From: Clostridium sp. CAG:245 | GTDB lineage: Bacteria > Bacillota > Clostridia > TANB77 > CAG-508 | NCBI GenBank assembly: GCA_000435175.1 | Contig: FR880072.1 | Location: 19,114 to 82,336 of the forward strand | Length of the DNA: 63,223 nucleotides | Direction of reading: 5' to 3' | Program-made: the position numbers and the translations under genes | Notes under the pieces: model-generated | Database searches by the model: none | Seen by the model: the letters and a program-made list of their open reading frames with translations, nothing else | What the model was told of the DNA's origin: nothing | In this document: in pieces, positions 46,172 to 57,105 of the stretch | Layout: each line of letters begins with the position of its first letter | How positions within the stretch are numbered: position 1 is the first letter of the stretch

Positions 46172-46831
46172 TTATAATTTTCTAAATACTCCAGCAACTT
46201 TTCCTAATATCTCACAATTTGGTACTATTATAGGATCCATTGTGGAATTTTCTGGTTGTAGTCTTATATGGTCTTTTTCCTTGTAGAACGTTTTTACAGT
46301 TGCCTCGTCATCTATTAGAGCAACAACGATCTCACCATTCTCAGCTGTATTTTGTTTTTTTACAAGAATATAATCACCATTCATAATTCCTGCTTCTATC
46401 ATACTTTCTCCTCTAACAGTAAGCATAAAACAGTCACTATTACCAATAAAGTCTAGTGGTATTGGGAATGTATCTGTTATATTTTCTACAGCTAAAATTG
46501 GAGCTCCTGCAGTTATTCTTCCAACAACAGGTACTTCTACCATTTCTTTACCAGAATATACACTCTTATCTTCTGATTGTGCTGGTTTGTAGGGTTTACC
46601 GCCTCTTATAAGCTGTAATGTTCTACCTTTTTTATCTTTCCTTGATATATAACCTCCATCTTCTAGTCTTCCTAAATACGAATGTACTGTAGCTGTTGAT
46701 TTTAGACCTACAGCCTTTCCTATTTCTCTTACTGATGGTGGATATCCATTTTCATTTAATTCAGTTTCTATGAATTTTAGAATGTCTTTTTCCCTTTTAT
46801 TTAACTCTAAAGGATCTCTTTTTCTAGCCAT
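46172..46831 (-). CDS. lexA: LexA repressor
   Basis: Has a winged-helix region (PPSVREIGKAVGLKSTATVHSYL), the cleavage region GRITAGAP, and a Ser/Lys dyad (RGESM ... VKTF). The start at ATG 46831 is 8 nt after AGGAG. Confidence 0.92.
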   Translation of the reverse strand: MARKRDPLELNKREKDILKFIETELNENGYPPSVREIGKAVGLKSTATVHSYLGRLEDGGYISRKDKKGRTLQLIRGGKPYKPAQSEDKSVYSGKEMVEVPVVGRITAGAPILAVENITDTFPIPLDFIGNSDCFMLTVRGESMIEAGIMNGDYILVKKQNTAENGEIVVALIDDEATVKTFYKEKDHIRLQPENSTMDPIIVPNCEILGKVAGVFRKL

Positions 46832-46888
46832 ACTAATCACTCCTAAAATAATTTCTGCAACTATATTATCATAAAAAAAGGCGTTTGT

Positions 46889-46902
46889 CAAACAGAAGTT
46901 TG
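46889..46902. promoter_or_regulatory. LexA (SOS/Cheo-type) box overlapping the lexA promoter
   Basis: The palindrome CAAAC-NNNN-GTTTG is a variant of GAAC-N4-GTTC. It overlaps the -35 TTGACA (46886-46891), and the -10 TAATAT lies at 46863-46868 after a 17-nt spacer. Confidence 0.6.
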
Positions 46903-46924
46903 TAACTTTGTAATTTTTTTCAAA

Positions 46925-48241
<1,317 letters not shown>

Positions 48242-48253
<12 letters not shown>

Positions 48254-49258
48254 ATAATCTAATTTCATTGCTTTCTTTACTTTTTTCATCGTCTCTTGTG
48301 CGACTTTTTGAGCCTTTGCTGTTCCTTCCATCAGTATTTTATCTACTATTTCTGGATGGTCTTCATAATATTTTCTCTTTTCTCTAATTGGTCTTAAAGT
48401 TTCTATTATGTTATGAGCTAGTTGTTTTTTACAAGCTACACAGCCACGGCTTCCTGCTCTACATTCTGTGCATACGTTTTCATATTCTTCTTTTGTTGAG
48501 AATAAATTGTGATAGTATGCGACCATACATACATCAGGGTTTCCTAAATCGTCTTTTTTTATTCTCTTTGGATCTGTTACAGCGCTCATAACTTTTCTTG
48601 TTATTTCTTCTTCGCTATCAGATAAATATATTGCATTTCCTAGAGATTTTCCCATTTTCTCGTTTCCGTCTAAGCCTTTTATTCTTTTTGCTGATGATAA
48701 GACTGCTTCTGGTTCTATTAAAACATCTCCATAGATAGAATTAAATTTTCTAACAATTTCTCTGCACTGTTCAATTAATGGTAACTGGTCTTCCCCAACT
48801 GGGACTAATTCGCCTTCGAAACATGTTATATCAGCTGCTTGGCTTACTGGATATCCTAAAAATCCATATGTAACACTTTCTCCGAATACATCTCTTTTTT
48901 GAGCTATTTCTGTTTTAACGGTTGGATTCCTTTCTAGCCTTGCAATAGTTACTAAATTAGAGTAAAACACTGTAAGTTCAGCAACTTCTGGTATCATAGA
49001 TTGAATATATATTGTTGTCTTTTCAGGGTCTATTCCAACAGATAAATAATCCATTGCAACTTCTATTACATTTTTTCTTACTTTATCTGGATTGTTAAAA
49101 TTATCTGTTAATGCTTGCACATCGGCAATTAAAATATATGGATCATATAAACCTGAATCTTGCATTTCTACCCTCTTCTTTAAAGAGCCAAAATAATGAC
49201 CTATATGAAGTTTTCCTGTTGGTCTATCTCCTGTTAAAATCCTTTTTACTTTTTCCAT
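48242..49258 (-). CDS. trpS: Tryptophanyl-tRNA synthetase
   Basis: Class I motifs are present: the HIGH-type GKLHIGHYFG and the KMSKS-type KMGKSLGN. No T-box fits in the 160-nt upstream spacer. Confidence 0.92.
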
Positions 49259-49420
49259 ATTATTCTCCCGTTCTATTAACTTATTTTTTTCTTTATATAT
49301 TATATAAGATTTGCCTTAATTTTACAATACTTCTGCGAAATCCTATTATTTTTTCTTGAATATAATTTTATATATTCAAAAAATCCTAACATCGGATTTC
49401 TCCAACATTAGGATTTCACA

Positions 49421-49798
49421 TTATTTGCTTTCTGCTGTTGCTTTTTTTGTAGTAGCTTTTTTAGTTGTTGTTTTCTTTTCAACTTTTTTCTCTACTTTTT
49501 CAGCCTTTGGAGCTTCTATTTTAGCTGCCATAGCTTTTAATTCTTCAGCAGTATATACACTAACTTGTTTCTTATCTCTTCCAAGTCTTTCGAACTTAAC
49601 TGTTCCTGTTACTTTTGCATATAAAGTATCATCGCTTCCTATGCCAACATTTTTTCCTGGATGGAATTTTGTTCCTCTTTGTCTTACTAGAATGTTTCCA
49701 GCTGGAACAACTTGACCATCAGCTCTTTTTAGTCCAAGACGTTTTGACTCACTGTCTCTTCCGTTCTTAACACTACCTTGACCTTTCTTATGAGCCAT
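49421..49798 (-). CDS. rpmA: 50S ribosomal protein L27 (no N-terminal propeptide; long Lys/Thr-rich C-terminal tail)
   Basis: The protein starts directly at the mature-type N-terminus [22 protein letters not shown]. About 42 aa form a tail ending [20 protein letters not shown]. Confidence 0.92.
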   Translation of the reverse strand: MAHKKGQGSVKNGRDSESKRLGLKRADGQVVPAGNILVRQRGTKFHPGKNVGIGSDDTLYAKVTGTVKFERLGRDKKQVSVYTAEELKAMAAKIEAPKAEKVEKKVEKKTTTKKATTKKATAESK

Positions 49799-49841
49799 TA
49801 TGTTTCACTCCCTTCATGTTTTTATATTCTCTATATAATTA

Positions 49842-50180
49842 TTATTTTGTTTCTGCTTTCTTCTCTGCAGCAACTTTTATAGATGTTATTTCAACCTTTG
49901 TGAATGGTTGTCTATGTCCTTGAGTTCTTCTTTCATTTTTCTTAGCTTTGTATCTGTAGATAACTATTTTCTTACCTTTTCCATTAGCTAATACTTTTCC
50001 CTCAACTTTTACACCTTTAACATAAGGAGCTCCAACTTCTACTTTTTTGTCATCAGATACTAAAACAACTTTATCAAAAGAAACTTTCTTTCCTTCTTCA
50101 GCATCTAATTTTTCGAAGAATACAACATCACCTTCTGCTACTTTGTATTGCTTTCCACAACTTTCAATTATTGCGTACAT
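49842..50180 (-). CDS. rplU: 50S ribosomal protein L21
   Basis: Begins [25 protein letters not shown]. The start is at ATG 50180, behind AAGGGAGG. Confidence 0.92.
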   Translation of the reverse strand: MYAIIESCGKQYKVAEGDVVFFEKLDAEEGKKVSFDKVVLVSDDKKVEVGAPYVKGVKVEGKVLANGKGKKIVIYRYKAKKNERRTQGHRQPFTKVEITSIKVAAEKKAETK

Positions 50181-50323
50181 TAATTGTACACCTCCCTTTA
50201 TATGTATACTCGCTAAGCATAAAATACAAGGCATCTAGCTTATTTTTTATAATCTAGCATTTAGTGGCCCGACTCAGGCGGCTTACAGGCTATAATTTTA
50301 TCACATAAATTTATTATTGTCAA
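50181..50323 (-). promoter_or_regulatory. rplU promoter and ~110-nt leader (possibly an L21-leader-type element)
   Basis: The reverse strand reads TTGACA (50318-50323), a 17-nt spacer, then TAAAAT (50295-50300). The leader contains a GC-rich segment, gcctgtaagccgcctgagtcgggccac. The assignment to the Firmicute L21 leader family rests on position only. Confidence 0.45.
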
Positions 50324-50326
50324 TGT

Positions 50327-51550
50327 TTATAGTTTTTTTCTTGTCATTTCTAATAAATCTAGTTTTGTAAAACCCATTATTTGAGTTTTACTCCTATCTT
50401 TCTTTAATTCTTTGTCTAATAAATTCATTATATTTTTACGGTCTTGTTCTTCTTCCATATCGATGTAATCTATTACGATTATTCCACTTATGTTTCTAAG
50501 CCTTAATTGTTTTGCTATTTCCACTGTTGCTTCTTGATTGACCTTATATATTGTATTTTCCTTGCTTGAATTTTTCTTTCCTGTGAATTTTCCAGAATTT
50601 ATGTCTATGGCTGTTAGTGCTTCTGTTTTATCTATTGTTATAAATCCTCCACATTTTAGCCATATTTTTCTCTCTTTCATTTCTTCTATTTGCCCAGCTA
50701 TATCATGCATTTGGGTTAAATCCTCATTCTCATTTAAAATAACTTCAACATTTTCTTTTCCAATTTTCTTTAAATATTCTAATATTGTTTCACAGGTATT
50801 TTTTGAGTTAACAATTACTCTATCTACATCAGTTTCTAATACACTTACTAAAAACTTTGATATTACATCATAATTTTGGAAAATTAGCTGTGGTCTTTTA
50901 TCTTTCAAATTTTCATTATATGATGCCTTTATCTTTTTCCATATTTCTATTAAATCAGCAACATCTTTTTCTATTTCAGCTTTTTCCTTGCCTTCGGCTG
51001 ATGTTCTTAAAATTAGTCCGTATTTACTGTTTTCATTTAATTCACTTAGTATTTCAGAAGCTAGCTTTTTTAGTCTTGCTCTTTCTTCTTTGTTTTCAAT
51101 CTTTTGAGAAATTGTTATAAAATCTACATTTATCATTAATACAGATAATCTTCCAGTTATGCTAATATGTGTTGATACTCTTGCTCCTTTTAGGTTTTCC
51201 TCACTCTTTTTTACTTGTACAAGTACTGGCATATTTACTTTTAAATAGTCTTTTATTTTATATTTTTCAAGATTTTCGTCTTTATTGCCCGTCACATTAC
51301 TTACCTTTGGTATTACATCTTTTATATGTATAAACGCATTTTTATCTTCTCCAATATCAATAAAAGCCGACTGCATTCCTGGTAAAAGGTCTCTCACAAT
51401 TCCACAATAAATATTTCCTTCATTAGCTTTAATAGATTCGTCATCATCATATTTCTCAATTAACTTACCATTTTCAACTAATGCTATTAAATTACTACCA
51501 TCCTCATTTTTATTAATTATTATATCTTTCATTTTGTTATATTCCTTCAA
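50327..51550 (-). CDS. rng: Ribonuclease E/G family protein
   Basis: 407 aa with an S1 domain (GNIYCGIVRDLLPGMQSAFIDIGEDKNAFIH), AIDINSGKF, and the catalytic-core order of Rne/Rng. Confidence 0.85.
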   Translation of the reverse strand: MKEYNKMKDIIINKNEDGSNLIALVENGKLIEKYDDDESIKANEGNIYCGIVRDLLPGMQSAFIDIGEDKNAFIHIKDVIPKVSNVTGNKDENLEKYKIKDYLKVNMPVLVQVKKSEENLKGARVSTHISITGRLSVLMINVDFITISQKIENKEERARLKKLASEILSELNENSKYGLILRTSAEGKEKAEIEKDVADLIEIWKKIKASYNENLKDKRPQLIFQNYDVISKFLVSVLETDVDRVIVNSKNTCETILEYLKKIGKENVEVILNENEDLTQMHDIAGQIEEMKERKIWLKCGGFITIDKTEALTAIDINSGKFTGKKNSSKENTIYKVNQEATVEIAKQLRLRNISGIIVIDYIDMEEEQDRKNIMNLLDKELKKDRSKTQIMGFTKLDLLEMTRKKL

Positions 51551-52104
51551 TTCAATCTATTCATTGCATTATCTATTCCGATTTTCAGAATTTCTTCAAC
51601 TGCAACTTCTGCTTTCTCCACACCAATTTCTAGTTTCTTATATTCCTCATCATTAACTCTTCCTATGACATAATCGACTAAATCAGCTATTTTCTCTTGT
51701 TTTCCTGTTCCCACTCTAACACGTGGGAAATCAGTAGTATTTAACTCTCTTACCATGGATTTCATTCCATTGTGTGTCCCGGCTCCACCTTTTTTTCTTA
51801 TTTTCATAGTTCCAGTTTCTATATCTATATCATCAAATATTGTTATTATATCTTTTGCTTCTATCTTATAAAATTTAGCAAACTTTTCCACACATTCTCC
51901 ACTCGCGTTCATAAATGTTTGTGGCTTTAACAATATTACTTTTTCACCTTCAATAACACCTGTTCCAAATAGTCCATTAAATTTTTCTTTTTTTACTTCT
52001 ATTTCGTATTTTGTAGATAATTTATTTATTACATCAAATCCCATGTTGTGTCTTGTTTTAGAATACTCTGGCTCTGGATTTCCAAGCCCCACTATCAAAT
52101 ACAT
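51547..52104 (-). CDS. pth: Peptidyl-tRNA hydrolase
   Basis: Contains MYLIVGLGNPEPEYSKTRHNMGF and GTHNGMKS motifs. Its stop overlaps the rng start by 4 nt. Confidence 0.92.
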   Translation of the reverse strand: MYLIVGLGNPEPEYSKTRHNMGFDVINKLSTKYEIEVKKEKFNGLFGTGVIEGEKVILLKPQTFMNASGECVEKFAKFYKIEAKDIITIFDDIDIETGTMKIRKKGGAGTHNGMKSMVRELNTTDFPRVRVGTGKQEKIADLVDYVIGRVNDEEYKKLEIGVEKAEVAVEEILKIGIDNAMNRLN

Positions 52105-52211
52105 AGTTTTCCCTCTTCTTTTAAAAATTTCACTTGATAGTATAGCATAAATTTTGACACATTGCAAAAAATATTATATAATTCCAATAGATTATTTTTA
52201 TGGAGTAAATT

Positions 52212-53120
52212 ATGGAAAATTCAAATTTTAAATCTGGCTTTGTTTCTATGTTAGGCAGAACAAATGTTGGAAAATCTAGTATTATAAATGCCTTAGTCGG
52301 CGAAAAGGTTGCAGCGGTTGCAAACAAAACTCAGACTACAAGAACTGCAATTAGGGCAATTGTAAATCGTCCTAATTCACAAATTATTTTTGTAGACACA
52401 CCTGGAATACATAAACCAAAATCTAAGCTCGGAAACGTAATGGTGGAAACTGCTTTTGGAGCCTCTTTGGATGTTGATATAATTGTTTTTGTTATTGATG
52501 CAACTTCTGAGGAAATTGGCAGAGGTGACCGAATTATATTAGACAAGATAATAGAATCTAAGAAAAAATGTATTCTTGTAATTAACAAAATTGATTTAGT
52601 TGATAAAGCTCAAATTGCAAAATTAATCGAGCTATATTCTAACGAATATAATTTTCAAGCTGTTATTCCTATTTCTGTTACTAAAAATAAAAACTTAGAT
52701 GTTTTGTTAGATGAAATTGAAGCTCACCTAAAACCAGGTCCTGCATATTATGATACTGAGGAATATACTGACCAAACCTTGAGACAACTTGCAGAAGAGA
52801 CCATAAGAGAAAAAGCTTTGAAACTTTTGAATGATGAAGTTCCTCATGGAATTTACGTTGAAACAGATAAAATGAAATTTAGGAAAACTAAGACTGGCGA
52901 AGGAATTTATGACGTTTCTGCAACTATATATTGTTTAAGAAATTCACATAAAGGAATCATCATCGGAAAAAACGGACAAATGCTTAAAAAGATTGGAACA
53001 TATGCAAGAGAAGACTTAGAGAAAATGCTGGATACTAAAATAAACTTGCAGTTGTGGGTTAAAGTTAGAAAAGATTGGCTAAATGACACAGCACTTGTTA
53101 AGAAATTTAAATTACAATAA
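52212..53120 (+). CDS. era: GTPase Era
   Basis: Contains GFVSMLGRTNVGKSSIINAL, DTPGIH, NKID and a C-terminal KH domain. Confidence 0.93.
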   Translation: MENSNFKSGFVSMLGRTNVGKSSIINALVGEKVAAVANKTQTTRTAIRAIVNRPNSQIIFVDTPGIHKPKSKLGNVMVETAFGASLDVDIIVFVIDATSEEIGRGDRIILDKIIESKKKCILVINKIDLVDKAQIAKLIELYSNEYNFQAVIPISVTKNKNLDVLLDEIEAHLKPGPAYYDTEEYTDQTLRQLAEETIREKALKLLNDEVPHGIYVETDKMKFRKTKTGEGIYDVSATIYCLRNSHKGIIIGKNGQMLKKIGTYAREDLEKMLDTKINLQLWVKVRKDWLNDTALVKKFKLQ

Positions 53121-53195
53121 TTTTTAGTATAAAAAGCTAAAATTAGCAAAAGATAAAATTAGCTAGTATATTTGTTATACATTAGGAGGAGTCAT

Positions 53196-53381
53196 ATGAT
53201 AAAAAAATTAGCATGGAATACTTTTAAAAACACTGGTAATATCAATACTTTTTTGGAATTAATGGAAGTAGAAAATGTTGAAAAAGATTTACAAAAAAAC
53301 GCGCTTAATAATCAAATAAATTACGAGAAGGATATTTATGGGAATAATAAAGACAAAAGGAATAATTCTTTTAGAAAGTAA
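53196..53381 (+). CDS. yqzL: YqzL-family small protein
   Basis: MIKKLAWNTFKNTGNINTFLELMEVE matches the YqzL N-terminus. It sits in the conserved slot between era and recO. The ATG at 53196 follows AGGAGGA. Confidence 0.7.
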   Translation: MIKKLAWNTFKNTGNINTFLELMEVENVEKDLQKNALNNQINYEKDIYGNNKDKRNNSFRK

Positions 53382-54066
53382 CATGGGAGATTTTGATAAA
53401 ATGGTATCAATTTTAACTCCTGATATTGGTAAAATTGGTTGTGCTGCAAAGGGGGCTAGAAAACCTAAGAGTCCTCTTATGGCTGGCACCCAATTTTTAA
53501 GTTTTAGCGACTTAGTTGTATATAGTGGTGTAAATTCTTATAATCTAAACTCATGCGAGCCTATCGAAGTTTTTTACAATATTCGTAAAGATTTAGACAA
53601 GCTAACATATGCTTCTTTTATTTCAAGGCTTGTATATGATGTTACTGACGAAAACCAATACACGTATAAGATACTTCAATTGTTATTAAATACATTATAT
53701 ATAATCTCAGAAACAGACGTTGACAAAGATTTTATACTGTCTGTTTTCGAATTGCGTCTTATGGTATTACTAGGTTATTCTCCAAGACTCGGAAAATGTG
53801 TAAGCTGTGGCTCTCCAGAAAATATCTGCTATTTTAGCATAGCTCACAGTGGCTTTTTATGTAACAACTGTGGAAGAGTGGATAAATCTGCAATTCAAAT
53901 TACTAAAGATACTTTCGATGCTCTAAAATATATATGCACCGCACCTGCAAAAAAAATATATTCATTCAATGTATCTGATGAATCAAAAAGAGAACTGCAA
54001 ATAATTAGCAGTTTGTATTTAAATAAGAATTTAGATAAAGATTATAAATTTGAGAAGCTATTTTAG
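53338..54066 (+). CDS. recO: DNA repair protein RecO
   Basis: Begins with an OB fold (MGIIKTKGIILLESNMGDFDKMVSILT) and has a zinc motif CVSCG...CNNCG. It overlaps yqzL by 44 nt. Confidence 0.9.
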   Translation: MGIIKTKGIILLESNMGDFDKMVSILTPDIGKIGCAAKGARKPKSPLMAGTQFLSFSDLVVYSGVNSYNLNSCEPIEVFYNIRKDLDKLTYASFISRLVYDVTDENQYTYKILQLLLNTLYIISETDVDKDFILSVFELRLMVLLGYSPRLGKCVSCGSPENICYFSIAHSGFLCNNCGRVDKSAIQITKDTFDALKYICTAPAKKIYSFNVSDESKRELQIISSLYLNKNLDKDYKFEKLF

Positions 54067-54585
54067 CATTTTTCCCTTCATATATACATCATAATAATTT
54101 TTCAATAAGTTATATGATGGATTTATGGTTGGTACAATTTCTTTATTTTCTATCATCTTGTCAAATTCTTCAAAAGTTACATTTTTAATATTGGCTACCT
54201 CTTCATCTTGCAATATTATTTTATCTTTTGAAAATATTCTTTGTACTAACCATATATCAACTATATCTTTTACCCTTGTATAACTTCCTATATATGTTAT
54301 CTCTTCATCTTGTATATCTAATCCTAACTCTTCTTTCGTTTCTCTTTTTACAGCTTCTAAGCTGGTCTCACCACTTATAACGCCTCCACCTGATTGTTCC
54401 CATAATCCGGGAAATATCTTCTTTTCATTAGAACGTTGCTGAATCCATAATTTATTGTCTTCAAGAAGCCAAACATGGACTGAAATGCTATATTCATTTT
54501 TTTCCAATTTACCTCTTTCTCTTATATTTTCTAATTTTTCTCTTCTTTTATTAAAAATATCAACATTCTCCATTTCCACCTCCAT
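54058..54585 (-). CDS. NUDIX hydrolase
   Basis: Contains the Nudix box GGGVISGETSLEAVKRETKEELGL. The alternative start at ATG 54573 is preceded by GGAGGTG. Confidence 0.85.
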   Translation of the reverse strand: MEVEMENVDIFNKRREKLENIRERGKLEKNEYSISVHVWLLEDNKLWIQQRSNEKKIFPGLWEQSGGGVISGETSLEAVKRETKEELGLDIQDEEITYIGSYTRVKDIVDIWLVQRIFSKDKIILQDEEVANIKNVTFEEFDKMIENKEIVPTINPSYNLLKNYYDVYMKGKMLK

Positions 54586-54699
54586 AATTTATAATAATAA
54601 TTTATTCCACATACAGTATATCATATTTTTATTTACAAAGCTATTAAAGTTTACCAAAAAAATAATTCGTATTACTAAATAACACGAATTATTTTTTCT

Positions 54700-55779
54700 T
54701 TAATCAACATCCTCTGTTACGGTTTCCTCTGCCCCTTCTATTGTTACTTTTGCATTTATTGGGCATATTTGAACATATGTATTTCCGTCATTTACTTTTA
54801 TTTCGTTTCCATCTAGGTCTTTATACACAGTTTGTGCACTTCTTGAAGTCTTTTCACAGGTAATTTTTATTGCTTTACCATTTGTAATATAGTATCCATT
54901 TAATGTTCCAATATTTGATAATGTTTGTCTGTCTTTGTTTTCTCCATCATTCAATACTGAATTTTTTGCAAATGTTATTATTATATTTTTTGTTGTTATA
55001 TTTTCTCCTGTACTCCAATCAGTTTCTTTTACGCCTTTTGAGTATCTTTGATATCTCTTTGTTGTAGCATCATATGTATATTCTACATCGTTTGAATAAG
55101 AATATGGAATAGTTATTTTTTCTGCACTCTGACCATCTGTTAGTTCAACTTCATCTGTTACATATTTTAATACACTTTCTTTTGTAGATGTTGTTTTGTA
55201 ACCTTTACGTTCTGCTATTGATAAAATTTTTGCTGTGCTTGTTGCTACATTATGTGGCGCTCTCTTATCTTTTACTCTCCAGAAAGAACTCTCGCTTTCT
55301 GAAATTCCGTTTATGTTATTTACCCCCAAATTAGAAATGTCATATTGTGCTTGTGGGCTCCAACCGTAATGAACATATATTGCATCATTTTCTAGGGCAT
55401 AATCTAAGAAATAATGTCTTGAACTTCTTACAGGTCCAATTTTTTCTAGGTTTTGTCCTTTAAATAATGCCATTAGTCTACTTTCTCCACCTTCAACAAT
55501 AATTTCATAAACCATATATGCATTATTTAGTCCGCCCTGTGGTAATGCTGCTTTATGATTATCTATCATAACTGCTATTGGCCTCTCATCACCCTTAAAA
55601 GTTTGAACTGTTTTTATTTCAACTTCTAATGGTGGTTCTTCAACTGTATTCTGTGGTTCTTCATCGTTACTTGCTACATTTTGAGATTTATCTCTATAAA
55701 ATTTATAGGCAATTATTCCTCCGCATAATATAACGATTATTATTAAAATTACTACAAGTATTCTAGTTTTATTATTCAT
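54700..55779 (-). CDS. DUF3048-type (YerB-like) secreted/lipoprotein
   Basis: N-terminal TM or signal helix, then RPIAVMIDNHKAALPQGGLNNAYMVYEIIVEGGESRLMALF, typical of this family. Confidence 0.7.
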   Translation of the reverse strand: MNNKTRILVVILIIIVILCGGIIAYKFYRDKSQNVASNDEEPQNTVEEPPLEVEIKTVQTFKGDERPIAVMIDNHKAALPQGGLNNAYMVYEIIVEGGESRLMALFKGQNLEKIGPVRSSRHYFLDYALENDAIYVHYGWSPQAQYDISNLGVNNINGISESESSFWRVKDKRAPHNVATSTAKILSIAERKGYKTTSTKESVLKYVTDEVELTDGQSAEKITIPYSYSNDVEYTYDATTKRYQRYSKGVKETDWSTGENITTKNIIITFAKNSVLNDGENKDRQTLSNIGTLNGYYITNGKAIKITCEKTSRSAQTVYKDLDGNEIKVNDGNTYVQICPINAKVTIEGAEETVTEDVD

Positions 55780-55836
55780 ACTTTATACTCCTTGTTTGCT
55801 ATATTTATAAAATTCGAACATTAAGCTCTTTCTTTT

Positions 55837-56589
55837 TTATTGAATTTTAAATATTGTTAATCCATAAATTAACAGTACTATTAAAACTCCCATACATGCT
55901 CCAAAAACGATTTCCGCTTTGGTTCTAGCATTACTTCCAACTCTATTTTCAACAACTAGTATTGATAAAATTAATGCAAGTGTGAATGTTACTATATCTT
56001 TGCTGTTTAGCCAAATTGCTGTTAGTGCTGCAAATGCTATTGCAGATTGACCACTTGGAACAAATCCCTCTTTTACAAGTTCTCCCCTCTCAGTTTTCTT
56101 TGAGCAACCTGCTTTCATAGAGATTACTGCTATTACAACCAACATAATCGCAACAAAAGCAAGATGCATTGGTGACTTTACCATATTATTAAATATGCTA
56201 TCACTAATAGCCTTTAAATTTTCTTCTTTAAAAAATATAAAATATCCAACCACTAAAGCATTGCATGCTGCCAACACAACCGCTCCGGCTGCAACATCTT
56301 TTGAAATTTTTGCCTTTGGATGATAAACATCTACAAACAAATCAACCACAGTTTCTATCGCAGTGTTTATCAATTCTGCAAATATAACCATAAAAACTGC
56401 AAATAGCAAACATAAAAATTCTGCCGTATTTAGTCCATAAAATAAAGATAACACCATTACTATAACGGCTAGCACAAGCTGAATTCTAATATTTCGTTGA
56501 GTTGTCGCCGAGTAAATTATTCCGTTTGTTGCATTTTCCCAGGCTTCAAAAAAGTTGTCGTTTTTCATTTTATGATCGTCTTTTTTCAT
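55837..56589 (-). CDS. dgkA: Diacylglycerol/undecaprenol kinase (DgkA) fused to a degenerate PAP2-like membrane domain
   Basis: The N-terminal ~125 aa match prokaryotic DagK (FAELINTAIETVVDL, KDVAAGAVVLA). The C-terminal ~120 aa carry PSGQSAIAFA and NRVGSNARTKAEIVFG, which resemble PAP2 motifs C2/C3 but lack the His residues. Confidence 0.75.
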   Translation of the reverse strand: MKKDDHKMKNDNFFEAWENATNGIIYSATTQRNIRIQLVLAVIVMVLSLFYGLNTAEFLCLLFAVFMVIFAELINTAIETVVDLFVDVYHPKAKISKDVAAGAVVLAACNALVVGYFIFFKEENLKAISDSIFNNMVKSPMHLAFVAIMLVVIAVISMKAGCSKKTERGELVKEGFVPSGQSAIAFAALTAIWLNSKDIVTFTLALILSILVVENRVGSNARTKAEIVFGACMGVLIVLLIYGLTIFKIQ

Positions 56590-56601
56590 ATTACTTCCCT
56601 A

Positions 56602-57087
56602 CTATCTTGTTATATTTAATTTACTTAAAACATACTCTTCTTTTGGTCTCATTATAGCTTTATCTTCTTCTTTTATATGATCATATCCCATTACATGATA
56701 AAATCCATGTACTACCATATAGGCAAGCTCTCTTTCTACACTATGACCATACTCATTTGCTTGTTCTATAACTCTTGGAATAGAAATCATTATATCCCCT
56801 AAAACATCTTCAACAATTTCTTTTTTTGTTTGGCTTTCTTCTACTAATTTATCAAGTTCCTCTTTTTGAAACATTGGAAAAGATAGCACATCTGTCTCTT
56901 TATCAATTTCTCTATAATGCTTATTTGTTGCTCTTATTGTTTCTGGATTTGTTAATATAACATTTAAATATAGATTTGTGTTCATAAGCTTTTCTGTTTC
57001 AAAACAAGTTTGAACAACCTTTTGAATTATTTTTTTGTATTCATCATTTTCTTCTATTTCAAAGAAATCTATTTGTACAATTTCCAA
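56602..57087 (-). CDS. ybeY: rRNA maturation endoribonuclease YbeY
   Basis: Contains the HGFYHVMGYDH zinc-binding motif. Confidence 0.92.
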   Translation of the reverse strand: MEIVQIDFFEIEENDEYKKIIQKVVQTCFETEKLMNTNLYLNVILTNPETIRATNKHYREIDKETDVLSFPMFQKEELDKLVEESQTKKEIVEDVLGDIMISIPRVIEQANEYGHSVERELAYMVVHGFYHVMGYDHIKEEDKAIMRPKEEYVLSKLNITR

Positions 57088-57105
57088 AATATTACCTCTT
57101 TTACT

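Noticed and set aside
49357-49380. Perfect 9-bp AT-only inverted repeat TTGAATATA-N6-TATATTCAA upstream of trpS
   Set aside because: Its composition is purely A/T in a spacer of less than 25% GC. No T-box or TRAP-type (G/U)AG repeats accompany it, so the evidence for function is insufficient.
52130-52327. 65-aa minus-strand ORF in the pth-era divergent region
   Set aside because: It overlaps the 5' end of era on the opposite strand. It has no RBS and a hydrophobic, low-complexity translation.
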